Part shown: one piece after another, positions 25,221-38,709 of the stretch
Layout of the letters: each line of letters opens with the position of its first letter
Numbering within the stretch: the first letter of the stretch is position 1
Assembly: GCF_009834535.1 (NCBI RefSeq)
Contig: NC_045707.1
Coordinates: 47,122,001-47,186,000 of the forward strand
DNA from: Camelus ferus
Taxonomy: Eukaryota
Length of the DNA stretch: 64,000 nt
Reading direction: 5' to 3'
The notes under the pieces: generated by a model
Seen by the model: only the letters and a program-made list of their open reading frames with translations
What the model was told of the DNA's origin: nothing
Databases searched by the model: none
Made by a program: the position numbers and the translations under genes

Positions 25221-28200
25221 TAGGCAATCATCAGTATCTTGCCACGATGTTTAAAAATTGTGCAGGAGAGTCACAGCCAACAGTTGTGATTGGCTTTGTG
25301 TAGGACTTTCACATGTGCCACATTTGTGTCTGGCATTTTGAGTTATGACCTTTCTCTTAGTTCTTGTCTCAGAACCTCATATGTGATCCCTGCTGTGTGT
25401 TATTAGGAAACACCAATCTGATAATCATTTGGGGTTTGCTGAGGCAGTTACAAGTCTTCCTTATAGACCTGATGAGCAAATCTCAAGCAGTCAGCTTGCA
25501 TAAGTGTCATCAGAAAGGTTTCTTCCTTTGAGAGCATCAAATCTTGTTAATGATTTTTACTGTCATCCCTCTAATATTTGCTACAGGAGCTCCTCTTATT
25601 CTTTAATTTGATATTCAGCAGTTTTTTCTGCATTGACAGAGTTCCTCTTCCCACAGAACTGCTCCTTCCCACCCCTCCATATCCAATTCCTCGTTCTTGT
25701 TATTTTTAAGATACAAATGTAGCCAGTCATAAGTATGTAAATATTAACCTGTGGGTTGGAACCTTTGTCTCTTGCAGTTTAAGGTAATGGATATTGTAGC
25801 CCATCTGAATTTTCCCTACTCTTATTCTCGTAACTTCTGGAGTTTCTTCAGAATGTGATGTATTTTATTGTGCTCCTATGTAAGATGAAGAATTATCTAT
25901 TAAAATTACATTTTCAACATACGAAAGTTTTTGATGACTGGTAACTGGTACCCTTCCAAATAAATTCATTGCTTGGAAACAGATGTTAGTTTAATTCAGA
26001 ATAAAATTGTTCATAGCTCTAATATTGTAAATTAAAAAACTTAGAAGTTGTCATTTATAACAATTCTTGGGCTGTTTAGAGGTTACCTTGCAACTAAGGA
26101 AACTAAATCTCCTTCTGGCGCCAAAATGAGTGACCACCCAAGCAGTTGAATAGAGATCAGCTTTATTCATTGGAGGTGGCACTGCTTATGATGATAGCTA
26201 GTATTACATAGTGATTTATAAGTTATAAAATTCCAGATTTAAATCTATTGCTCTACAAAACTGTGTAAAATAGGACTCTGCTGTCTACTGAGTTTATGAG
26301 TCACAGAACTCCATAGAAATGGAGTAATGCACTATTTTCATTTCAAATATGTGAATTCCTAATTTCATAGCATCATGGTTTTTTCCCTTTATAATTTGGT
26401 AAGAGTCTTCATTGTTTTGATGATACTTCTCTCAACCAGTGGGATGAAACAGGAGCCATTGTGTTGACAGAGATTTCTTAGGATTTAAGGGGCTCTGGGA
26501 GAGGTCAAGGTAGAGTTTGAAAACTGGCAGCTACATCTGGCTTTGGGGCCTGTTTTCCTTGGCCCACACAGTGTGGTTGGTTAAAACATTATGAATTCAA
26601 TGGCAAAATTTAACAAAATCGGGAGAGTCACATGAAAATTTAGAATCTGGTAACTTCAGTGATCTTAAAGATCTGGCACTGCAGACATAGCCTGCCTTTG
26701 TGCAGGGCATCTGCTGGGACGAGCTATGTAGCAGCCATTCTAAGAAGAGCTGGTTATTCTTCTCTAATCCAGTGACTCTCCAGTTGTTTAGAGCCCCCTG
26801 CCAGCCCATGTGCTCCTTTTTGTAGTTCTGTTCCTATGTAAGCCTTTGACTTTGTAACTCCTAAGCTTATGGACAGTTCATCAAATAAAAGTGCTTGATA
26901 TATGCCCAACACTGTACTGCTTGTTGGGGATGATTAGGTGAATGAGACTGGCATGGGACTTTCCCTTGTGGACCTTTTAATCTCATGGGGAGGGGTTGTG
27001 AACAAAGAGCAGTTGCATCTCTGAGGGAGATGGGAAGTAAGTACTTGGGAGGGGCTGCTCCCCTAGATTCAAACCAGATGCACACCTCCGGACAGGGGAA
27101 CAGCATGTGCAAAGCCCTGGGAGAGGTAAAGAATCTGAATATATTGATAAGTGGCTTGAAAATCAACTCTGCGCATTCAGGAACTTTTCTGAAATCCTGA
27201 GCTGATAACAGGAGCTTTATGTTTTTATGTGACTCTTAAATTTTGTTGTCTACTTTGTTGTGATTTGCTTCCACACTAGTTATTCTTGGTCCTCTCAGAG
27301 GCTGCCTAATGAGATCTTAGATTTGAAATATGTAGAACTTAAACCCTGCTCTAGACTAAGAACATACTTTAATACAAAATTTCAGAAGCATTTAAAAATA
27401 CAGATCAATACATAAAAGCCATAGGTGCTGTGGTTTAGCACTATTGAAGGAAGAGTGTAGGGAGGGAAACCTGGTATTCTATAAAACGTTATAAACACAG
27501 TTTTAGCTAAATGGTTGTCATGGGAATGATAGGAATTGGCTTTATTTTTGTATTCGATGGTTCAGGAATCTTTTGGCTACTTACTCTAGCCACATCATTT
27601 TTTGTTAGTTGCAGTATCAAAGATGGTTTAAAACTACAGCCTTATCTGCAAAAGCAGGCCAAAAAAAAAAAAAATGCCATGATTATAGGGCAGCTAATTC
27701 AACAGTCTATTTAATAAAAATGTAATATTTCATTGGAATAATGTATTTTGGGGCTGGGACTACATTTCATTTAGCTGTTTAGCATGCTGCTTAGTTTAAG
27801 GAATTATATCAGGGGTTTATTTTTTAAATGACTTAATGATCACAAAAGCAAAACATGTTGAATGTAATAACTTGAAAGAAATATTAAGAATAAAAATCTG
27901 TACTCCACTACCCAGACTGGTGATACTTTGTTTCCTTAACTATTACCCGCTCTGCATTAATTTCCATTTTTATCATTGTGGTTGGAAATTGGGAGGATTT
28001 GTTCCATGAGTTGGCTTTGCTACAGCTTTAGGTTACAAATTCGGCAAGTTCCCATTGGATGCAACACTGGGAGTTGAACTAAAATTTTTCCTGTTAAGTA
28101 TAGAACTCAATATAAAGAGCCTGGGTCCTCTCTCCCTGCAGTTTCATCTTTACCACCCTTCAGCTGATCTCATTTCATGTGTGCCAGCTGGTGTAGCATT

Positions 28201-28764
28201 TCAGGTGTATGAATGTAGGCTTGCTGATCAAGCTGAGCCTCTGTGGACTTGATGTAATTATTTATGATTGCTTGTAGAGCTGTGTGGTAATTGCCTGAAC
28301 ATTTAGACCTTCCTTACTGTAGCAGAGCAACAACTAAATCCCATCATCTCATAAAGGCACATTTTATGGTGCTCATTAAAGAGCTTTAACATTTCTCCCC
28401 TGCTAATCATTTTTATCTATGGGACAGAAGAGTTTTAGAAATTATGAAAGATTGATAACCTCAGGTTCCTACCATGGAGAATAACTAGCACATTTCCATC
28501 TTGCATATTCCTGATCCATTCTCACTCACCACGTGGCTCTTCGAAATAGCTCATGATCTAGATTAATAAATCCCAATAACTCAAGTTTCCTTATAATCTA
28601 GCAAGTTTACAGAGTGTTCTGGCTTATGTTCAAGAGTAGACTACTCAAGACTTTACACCAGTCAGAATTAGCTTAGACATGATGGTTTGATTGTACTAAA
28701 TTTGAATTTGGTGCTGTTTTCCTTATGTTTTGGCAGGAAGCACTAGGACTGAGTAACCAAAGGA

Positions 28765-29070
28765 GTAGGGCCAAATTCTTGCAACCCGTTTCTTCATTCT
28801 GAAACAGTAAGTGTTTTGGGCTTTGCAGGCCATAGGTCTGTCTTGGTTACTCAATCTCTGCCACTGTAGTGAGAAAGCATCCATAGACAATTCTAAACAA
28901 ATAGGCATGCTGTAATTCTTATAAATTATCTTCACCTGTCACAATGTATTTTTTTTTTTTCAACCACTGAAAATGTAAAAAACACTCTTAAGCTTGTGTG
29001 CTGTATAAAAACAGCCAGGGGCTGGGTGGGGGGGAGGGTGGTGGTTTGGCCTGTAGGCTGAGTTTACCCT
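28765..29070. mobile_element. MER58-like hAT-Charlie element
   Basis: ggctttgcaggccatagg...actcaatctctgccactgtagtgagaaagcatccatagacaat. Confidence 0.65.
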
Positions 29071-31269
29071 TACCCCCTTGGTAGTGATTCCTCATTACTC
29101 TTGTGTTAGAACCAAGATGTTGTGTGTCTCCTCCCCCTTTTAAAAAGTGATACATTACTGTTATTCCAGTAATAGAAAAGACTTGTGTAGTTTTTCCTTT
29201 TTCTGTGTTGATACTAAGATACACATATTTTGATGTTATATACAGATTGAGCATTTATCAATCCATTTTTTATTTAAGAAATCATTGAACATTTTCAAGT
29301 CAAAAATTTCTCAGAATGTTAAATCTGAAATCTGTAGTCCCCTTTAAAGAATATGACTTTTAACAGTTAATGCTGTATAGTGTTTTTCAGTTAGCATTAT
29401 TGAAAGGCCATCTATGGCAGTGCATTTCTTTTGTGGAAGTATCTATTGAATGGATGGCCATAATTTCCCAGTTTCTATGGTTAAATTGATGCCAGTTTCA
29501 TAAATTCTGCAGTACACATCTTTGACCATGTTTCGGCTGCACAGCTTGTTTGTTGACTAGATTCCCAGAAGTGGAATTGGTGAAAGGGTTATATGTATTT
29601 AAAATTTTGACAGGTACTATTCAGTTGCTTTTGAAAAGGCCATACCAGTTTACTCTGCATCCTTACCTGAATGTCAGTTTTATGTTTATGTAATATTCCG
29701 TTATATGGATATAGTACTAGTTAACCATTATCCCTTTGGGCCTTGATATTTTATTTCCATGTCTCACCACTTTAGTTGCCTTATCTTGGTATATCTGTGC
29801 CCACATTCCTGGAGTTTAGATCCCTAGTGTAGTAAAGTGATCAAAAGATACCTTTATTTCTTGATACATGTTAATAGCCAAATAAAGTATTTTTTTAATT
29901 TCACTAATTTGATTAAGGAATGACTGAGTAAAAACTGAGAAAAGTGGGAAGATTTACAATACTACTACTGTCTGGCACTGGTGTTTAACTAGAGTCAAGA
30001 AATGTGATGCCCAGAGGGTAGCAATGCACATATTGGGAAGAGTAACTTTTAGGATAATTAGTTGAAATCATATCAAAGAGGAATTTAAGACTAGTTTCTG
30101 AGTAAATTAGGATCTTTGCTATAGTACAAAAGTAGGCCCAACATAGTAGGCCTTAGGGGCCTTCACAACTTACTGCCAGAATTTGGCCAATGGCACTAGT
30201 TAGGAAGGTATTAAAAATAAGAGGGAGATAAAGTAGCACCAGGGATGAGATCACTTCTCAGCCTAACTTTTGGTCTACAGCTCCATGTAAAACGTTAAGT
30301 TTTTGGTGGGGGAATCACATTTTTAAATAAGATTTTGCTTTTGAAGTCTAAAAAAAAAAAATAGCTGTAACACCTTGAAATCATTTTAGGAACTTCTGAT
30401 ATAGAAGAAACAACTTAGATAAGTTACTTATCTCTGTTTCACTAGCTCCTTGAGGGTGGAAACTTGTTCTGTGCTGTAGCACTAATGCTGGGCGTAAAGC
30501 AGATGTTGGTAAACATTTTATTAAGAACTTATGAAACAAGGTATTGGATGGAAATGTCATTTGAGACAACTACACAGCAAGTTCCAGCTGTAACAAATTC
30601 ACCACAAATTATACTTTAATAAACTTAACTAGCGTCAAACTAGTTCTGTGTCAAACTTTGTCTACAAATTTCTCCTTTAAGAGACCTGTAGAGAATTCTT
30701 GTATTCCTCTATGAAGACAACAGTAGAAAAATGCCAAGCTGTTTTCCTCCAGTTTAACCCTACTCAAAAACCAAATGCGATTCCAATAGAACTTTTATGT
30801 GAGGATTCTAATGTTGGTCTTGGATAAACAATATTTCGAGTTATAATGGGAGGCAGGGTGCTTAGCTAGTCACCCTTTTGAAACAGAGCTGCCAGCAATT
30901 AACACAATGGTTGTATATAAAGTGTCTGCAACATATTACAGCAAAGTACTCACAGGATAAGTCAAGAGCCCTTGAAAATTACTAAAATAAGAACACAAAT
31001 CCCATTAGTGAAGGAGAACAGCAGTAAGAAAAGCACAGTGGCACACCATTAGACTGGTGTCCAGTACAATGCAAAACATACATGGGGAGAGTATGGCAAC
31101 ACCTTACTGGTGAGCTGTTCCTTTTAACTCAGTTAATTCCACTAGTCAGGATCATAAATGGGAAGTGCATAAATGTACTACTAGTAAGAGAATTATATGA
31201 CCACCAATGGGAGAACAGTAAAGTCATTACATGGAGTGCCAGAATTTCACTTGGACAGTGTTAGAACTA

Positions 31270-33765
31270 TGTTTAAAAAAAACCCAACAATTTATTTCAA
31301 TTTTTTTATTTGATATTTCCAAATATATAAAACATCAAGATTCTTACACCAATTATCTCAAATGAGACCATACAAAGCAATTTTAAAGTGTATACAACAA
31401 TCATTCCCCCCTTCAGTTTTGCTACTTTATACAACTATGGGATAGACAGAAAATTGAATGGCATGTGCCTAGTTGGAAAATTTCACCTGTTTACAAAAAA
31501 AAGGAAGAAATTAAGAAAACTCAAAATCAAACATGTAGGATACTTGCTACTTTGTGTCTGCAAGTCAATTTACAAACTTTTTTTTTTTTTTAATTTAGTA
31601 GGCACATGGGACTGAAAATTTTAGCTGCCCAGTTTTATCCAACTACCCAACAGAAAGCAGCACAAATGAAAGTCCCAACACTCTGTAAACTTTGAGGGAC
31701 TGAGAGAGTAGACACTATTTTTTATCTGTAGTAGATTCAATTGTTGAGCCTGCAAATGTAGGCTTTTTTCTCTTAACAGAAATAAATATCCTCAGGGCCT
31801 TTCCTCTAGTTTTGATGGGCTGAGTTCAAGAATAGTGAAGAACCCCTCATGTGAAATTTAAAGTGTGACAACTCTGAAGTATTCTGATGCATTATACAAA
31901 ATTTTGCTAGTTGCATAGACCAAAGACAGGTGGTTTGCTAAATGGCACTGAAGAAAATCCTGACCCAAGTGGCACTACTTGGTCCAAATGTTACTGACCA
32001 AAGAAAATGATACAACAATATTTATAGGCTCACCTTTAAGAAATGGTTGACATTAATACTGTACATATTTTACACATCAAATACATAGTCCAAGAGTTTA
32101 TAAAAGAAATTCATGCATTATTACCTTTAAGAATATCAATGTACAACATACCCAGGCCCCCCAGTACTTGTGACATTTCAGGTGGACACAGTGTTATGTA
32201 CAAAAACAATCCATTTCTCTGCTGTGTTAAGTATATAATTTAAAGAAACTTCAGAGATTGCTGAGGAAAAAAACTTAGTCCATTGAAGATTGATACAAAG
32301 TGTCAATCTGTGGGATTTTAAAGTATTTCCTTTTTAAAAAACACCCAGAAAACATAACCTCTGTACAAAGAAAAATATAAAAATTCTGGAAGATCATGTC
32401 TGATCACACTACATAATTTAGAATGAAATGTCAGTGGTTTAAAGTTTTTCTGTCTTATTCCTTTGGCAGCCTTAATTTGTGAACTAATACTCGTATTTAG
32501 CTCAGCTGCTTTTATGGCACAAGAGCTCAGTTTCAAAATGGTGGCACTGATTTTCCTTATAACAGCACTATTTTCAGCAGCAATTATATTTTTAAAGGTT
32601 AACAATTTGTACAACAAATGTCTAACTATGCTTATTCCTACTTTATACTCAACAGTTATGATCTTTACAAAAAGCTAATATCTACATAGAGAACCATCTT
32701 TTACTTGCCCCATCTCATCTCTGACTTGGTTGAGGAAGTACAGGCATTTCAGACTAGGTATTTATGTGTTTTAGATGGGATTCTTGGATTTATGTGAATA
32801 TAAAGATAAGACAAAATAATTCTTAGGTACATTCCAGTGTCCCAGTAATTAGTTACATGATAAATAGTACCTACCTGCTGACCACCTATAAAAGATGAGA
32901 CATTCTGAGGCACCCTAAAAACCTAGGTCTGTAACAGGTGAACAAGAAGGCCATTTTACTCAATTCTGATGCAGTCACCACTGACTGGTATTTAAGGTGT
33001 TTACTGGTAACCAGCAAGTTTAACTGAAGAGATGTCACTAAATTCAAACTGAAAATATATATTTAAAAGCAGCAATTTACATTGAGGGAAATATGGTTCT
33101 TGTGTGTTCTGTGTAAAGAGAGATTATGAATAAAGGGAATTGGCAACTGAGCACCCTAATTCAATTCCATGAATACAGGTTTCATGATAAGATATCTACT
33201 ACATGCATTTTGCTTACAGTAACTGCCTAAAAATCACCAGCTCTATAGAGTTAAACTTTGTGTTTTAGGACTTTTGAGTCATAAGGGAATTGGCCATATC
33301 AGGTAGCTAGTGACATAGTACCAGTTGTGAAAATTGAGATAAATGAGTTGACAAATGGATTCATTGAATATGTTAATATTGTGAATGAGAAGACAATTCA
33401 CGGGGATAATATACCCACAAGTATGTTGATCTGACAAAAACCACAGACTGACATCAAATGGATAAAAAAATACTGGGGAAAAAGTGAAAATGCCAACCAA
33501 AATAACAAGGTGGGTGGGCTGGGTGGGAGAGCACATTTAAGGCATCTAAAAAAAATTCCACATGGCTTTGGCTTATTAAAATATTTTACACTATCTTTTT
33601 TCTTTTTTTTAAAAGATTTGAAAGCACCTAAAAAACATGCAAATTGTTAAAAAAACCCACATGGCAAATTCAGTTTGTAAGCGTCATTCAGATGTTTGCC
33701 AAGGAAAATAAAGAAGCCTCTGCCCATGAGATTGCACATGGTGGAAGAGGTCCTTCCAACCCTGT
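31270..33765 (-). other. NUDT4: NUDT4 long 3' UTR (approximate end)
   Basis: AU-rich stretch after the stop with no recognisable repeats; two AATAAA on the - strand (TTTATT at 31291-31296 and 31305-31310) followed by a U/GU-rich tract. Confidence 0.6.
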
Positions 33766-33971
33766 CTATCTTATGCTGGATGGCAGCCCAGAGGTTCTCT
33801 GTGCAGCAGCTACAAACAAGGTGTTACTCTCTGGAAGGGAAGGGACTGTGGAATTTCCACTGGTTGGCGAGCAACCCAGCTTTAATTTTTCCAGATACTC
33901 TGCATGTACAGGCTTATGACACTGGAGAACTTTGATGGCATCCTTTACTTTGAACCACTCTGTCTTCCTTC
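33766..33971 (-). CDS. NUDT4: NUDT4 exon 5 (terminal coding part)
   Basis: ttttctag|(G)RKTEWFKVKDAIKVLQCHKPVHAEYLEKLKLGCSPTSGNSTVPSLPESNTLFVAAAQRTSGLPSSIR* (TAG at 33766-33768). Confidence 0.95.
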
Positions 33972-34262
33972 CTAGAAAACAGTATGAAACTGGTTACTAA
34001 AAATGAGTAAAAGTCAGTTTTTAAAAGCCATACCCTATTAACAATGTCCCCTTGATCCTCCCCCACAAATAATGACTTTATTTTTGGGGAATGGCTTAGA
34101 CAACACTATGTTGGGGAACAGTTTTAAAATAATTCAAATATGAAGATATATGTATGTTGATCTTCTTTAAAAAGTAACCAAAATTAATTTAAGATGAAAA
34201 TTGGATACATGTATCTAGTTTTGAATTAAGAGAATTCAGATAGCAAAGGGAAAGGAATTTAC

Positions 34263-34350
34263 CTATATTAACAGAATCTTCCCAGTCTTCTAATATTTCA
34301 GTGACAGTAAGGACATAGACATATGTCCTGTGCTTTCTGTCTTGGTTCTG
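34263..34350 (-). CDS. NUDT4: NUDT4 exon 4 (tandem acceptor: begins at 34350 or 34347)
   Basis: ttcaag|CAG|AAC...: (Q)NQDRKHRTYVYVLTVTEILEDWEDSVNI-G|gtaaat. Confidence 0.95.
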
Positions 34351-36559
34351 CTTGAATATAAAAAGAAAAGCATTTTAATCTACAGGAGCTAGTCATATAT
34401 ACATTTTTTAGTAAAAAAAAATTCAGTTGTGGCATACGTTAACATAGTCTATTCGGCAACACAGGCAAGTATGCTCAGTCATATAACCCAGAACTTAAGT
34501 CAGTTTACATAAGACAGAACACTTAAAATGGTGAAATTAGCTCCCAATACTAAACTTTTAATACTTTGATTTCTGTCTATTAGACAAATAATTTTCATAA
34601 AGAAAATCTTAAGGCTGGAATGGAATCTACAGTAAAAGAACTGTATTGCTGTCTTTATCTTAGGCCCTATTCCCTCGGGTTAAAAATACCAGCTACCTTT
34701 CAAGACTATTGAAAACTGCTTCATTCAGGACCTTTGTAGAAGAGCAAATAGCCCCAGTTCCTTTAGAACATGCTTCTTAGAGGTTCACAAGATGCATACA
34801 GAGCACAGCCCTACCAAGGCTGACTTGTGTTTAATTTTGAACCTAGACAGTCTAGAGGCCTAGAGGCCTCTCAACCTTGACTGTCTGTCTCATCACCCAG
34901 GATTTTTTTTTTTTTTAAAGAGACACTGATTCAGTTAGTCTGACATGAGGTCTAAGCATTTAAAAGCTTCCAGGCAAACCATGCACAGCAAAGGTTGAGA
35001 ATAATACCTGGGTCAGTCCACTTCTGGAATGCAATATTTTAGTCCTATATGCTCAAACTCAATTTTTACCCATATTAAAACTGCCACTGAGCCTTGTCTC
35101 CAGGTTCAAAATTAAACACAATTCAGCCTTAAGATGAGGGAGCTCACCTTCATCTTAAAGTTAGCTTTGTTTGCTATAGTCTAAGACTTTAGATAATTGC
35201 CTTAATTTTTCCCACCACAAACCACTTAAGTAATCCACTCATTCAGTGTCTTATGTCTTTGGGAAGGAATAAGAACAGCACAAATTAGAGGCATTCACAC
35301 TTAAAACATTACTATTTATTATTTTTAAGAGTCCGTTGTCTTATCTCTGTACCCGGCATTCAATACACTTACTCTGCTATGTTCATAAATTCACTGAAAT
35401 CACCAAAGTGAACAGGCAGGACAATTCTAATTTTCCCTTTTATTTTCTAAGGGAAAGGTACACTGATTACTATTTTCTGTTCAGATTCTATGAAATGTAA
35501 ATATTATTTGTAAAGCACTTATTACCTTCCCATGTTATACAAGCTCTACTTAAATGTGTGAAGTTTTCTTCAAAGATCTTGCCAGCATATTGACAAACAC
35601 GCTATTATATGTACCATGGCTACTAAGAATTACAGAAACCTGTGATGTGTTTTTCAGTTCAACCAGGAGATGGTGCTATTTAACTGGGTAAAGCAAGTGC
35701 TAAATTCTAGGAAAGTGACTAGTACCTTGAGAACTTTACTTTTAACAATTACTGTATTTTGGGAGTCATCAATTCTACCAAGTGCTGTACAGATTTTTTC
35801 CTGAATTCTTGTAAAAAGGCTTAAAATTAAAACTGGTAAGGACTACATTTATATAATCCTACCAGTTGGACTCAACTAACCCTTATCTTAGGAAAAAATA
35901 CTGTCACAATGTGTCTGGTAAACCATGTATGTAGGTCTGAATCTTGGATGAAAATATTAGTTGAGAATAGCCTAAGTCTCATGACCTGACCTCATTTCTC
36001 CCCACCTTTGATAGAATACCTGTCATTTCCAAATTTCCTCTCCACAAATTCCATTCTGCCTTCAGTAATAACAGGTTATATAACAGAACTGTGTGCTCCT
36101 AGTGTCTCTTCTATGTGTTTGAGTTTCGCATTCCCATACAGTCCTTTCAGGATAAAGTCATTATGTATATCACCCAGTGTTATGTGCTGAAGGCAAAGGA
36201 TACATTTCCAGACAGTATCCATAAGAGATCTAAACTCCTAGGTGATACTGAGGATACTGTACCTTAGCCTAGAAAGTCTAAACAGTATACAGTGAACCAA
36301 GAGGTAAGTCTGTCCATAGCAGCTCCACTATACTGTCATATAAAAGCAGTTACTACTGTAATATGCTATGTAAAATCAATGGTATATGAAAGTTAAGCAG
36401 CTTTTACTTCCTTCCCTCCTATTCCTTATGAGTTGCTTGCTTACTGATAGTTTTTAGAGGCATGTCTAGTTCAGGTTGTTGCCAGATTATCTGGCTGGCT
36501 AGGAAGGAAGGATCATTAATTCTATCATCAGCAAGATGAGAATTACTTTTGTAACTCAC

Positions 36560-36604
36560 CTCAAATATGCCCAGGAGTCTGCCTGATTTTCCTTTGACTC
36601 CAGC
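36560..36604 (-). CDS. NUDT4: NUDT4 exon 3
   Basis: taatag|AGVKGKSGRLLGIFE|gtgagt; 45 bp. Confidence 0.95.
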
Positions 36605-37452
36605 CTATTAAAAAAAGATGAAATGTAAAAATTTTACCTTGTCATTATGAAATTTATGTGAAAGTTACTTTCTCTCTGCATGCTACTTTCCCACTGCCCA
36701 GTCCTTGTTCCTTTTACCCAGTCCTGTAACAGACGGACAGGGACTTCAGCATGTGCCCCATTCTAATCCAGACTGCAGACTGACAGACTGGTACATACTG
36801 TTTCCTCTGTTGAGAAGGTGCTCATCCCTTAAGACCCTTCTCTAGGAAACCTTGCTGATGATACACCACACCCAATGAGAGTCTTAGCATTCACTTCCCT
36901 TTTACAGCCTAACTGGTGTTCAAGGAGTTTTTACGGCACTTGATCTATGCTGTTTTGCCTGAGAAAAAGCAAGTTCTATTTATCGTCAGCTTTGACAAGA
37001 TAAGCGGGCCAACTGTGCTGTGCATTTGTGATGTATGTGCCCCATTTTACAGAACTTTAAGAAAAAGCGAGTAAAATAAAAGCAATTGGCTTCTTATTTG
37101 TTTGAAAAGTAACTGTAGCACACGATGAATGTCTCTGAGCATTCTTACTCAGTTAATATTAATCTTGCTCTGAGGCGAAGCCATCATGTTATGTATTGAT
37201 CACAGATCAGACTTGTCTGTTATATAATTGTGTGTTACATAATTCTGAGGGACTTCTACATTGATATTAGCTCTATTTTACCAGGTGGAAAAAAAATATC
37301 TTAGACAAGTGCTAGCTGTAGTCACATGCTTTAAAATGTTGAATTGGACAACCAAACAGCACTCACATGACCTGCCTGTCTTCTCGCCTGCTGTATGTGG
37401 CAAAGTGCCTTGTTTGTGAACCTCACACAGAACACACTACTCTTCATCTTAC

Positions 37453-37563
37453 CTCTTCGTAAACCTCCCTCACAGCAGCACCACCAGGCTCCTCCTCGGG
37501 CTCCATTCCTCCTCCTGGGACAATCCACTGGTCTGGGTACCGACTACTGCTCACCAGCAGCAC
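37453..37563 (-). CDS. NUDT4: NUDT4 exon 2 (most of the Nudix box)
   Basis: cttgcag|VLLVSSSRYPDQWIVPGGGMEPEEEPGGAAVREVYEE|gtaag; 111 bp; GX5EX7REUXEE motif. Confidence 0.97.
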
Positions 37564-38264
37564 CTGCAAGGCCGACCATAACTGTGAACTCCCAGCCCCA
37601 GGGGCACTATGGACTATAAGCAACATTCTCAAACCTCTACAAGGGTGGAAATTTCTCTACATTAACCCATTTTTAAATTTCATTAAAATTATTAAGGGGA
37701 CATGTTATACCACAGAAAAGTAGTTGACTGCCTTTGTAAACACTGTCTTTTTTAATTCAGAATTCAACAATAACATCATCACATTACTAAATCATTTTGT
37801 AACCGACAAAGTCATTTTAACTACAAGATTCAATTAGCCAAACTCTCTAATTCTTGGATACCAACAGAAGACAAAAGCAGAGACTTGGTTTACTAGCCCT
37901 AGTAAACAGTAACTATGGGCTCTGACCCAGAGCTGTATGCACTGAGGTTTGTGGTCACATCTGTTATTCTTAGTTACAGAATCTCATTAGTTATTCTTAC
38001 AAAGTCAAGGATATGTGACCTCTGGCAGGTCACCTTGTTCCTTCACCTATAGCATGGATGCATACTCAAAGAAGATAACAGGTGCTGTGAGAAAAGAACA
38101 GGGAAATCATGTAAAGCTAATGCTTAGTACAGAGAAAGTTCATATTTTTACACCTAGGAAGAGGTGGAAGGAGGCATCCTTCATATTCTAAACCTATATA
38201 AACAAGCTAAAGCCTCTCCATTTGTTAACAGGCAGCTATAATTTATGATCTAGAAGGGGGATGG

Positions 38265-38520
38265 CAAGTTATAGCCTGCTGCCTATTGTTTGTAGAATCC
38301 TTGAGCTAAAGGTGGTTTTTATATTTTTAAATTATATAAAATTCAAATTTCAGTGCTCATAAATACAAATTTCAAGAATCCAGTCACACTCATTTTTCCC
38401 ATGTAGTCTATGGCTGATTTCATCCTACAGTTGCAGAATTGGGTAATTTTGACAGAGACTGTGTGGCCCACAAAGCCTAAAATATTATTTGGTCTATAGG
38501 AAAAGTCTGCAGATCTGGGT
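38265..38520. mobile_element. MER58-like hAT-Charlie element
   Basis: gacagagactgtgtggcccacaaagcctaaaatatt...ggaaaagtctgc. Confidence 0.65.
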
Positions 38521-38682
38521 CAAGGATAGCATTAAGCTTGAAATGTGCACACACTTAAAAAAACTATTATCACAGAGTATACTATAGGTTCACGTTTCTT
38601 AACAGTACCTGAAACAAGAACTATATATCCATATTGTAAGTGAAAACTTGTGGGCTAGGTGAGGTTGAAATTTCCCAGTTAG

Positions 38683-38709
38683 AAAAACAAAACAAAACAA
38701 AACAAAACA
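38683..38709. repeat. (AAAAC)n microsatellite, ~5 units
   Basis: Directly visible. Confidence 0.85.

Noticed and set aside
33644..33935. + strand ORFs of 91 and 79 aa
   Set aside because: Antisense to NUDT4 exon 5; no independent support.
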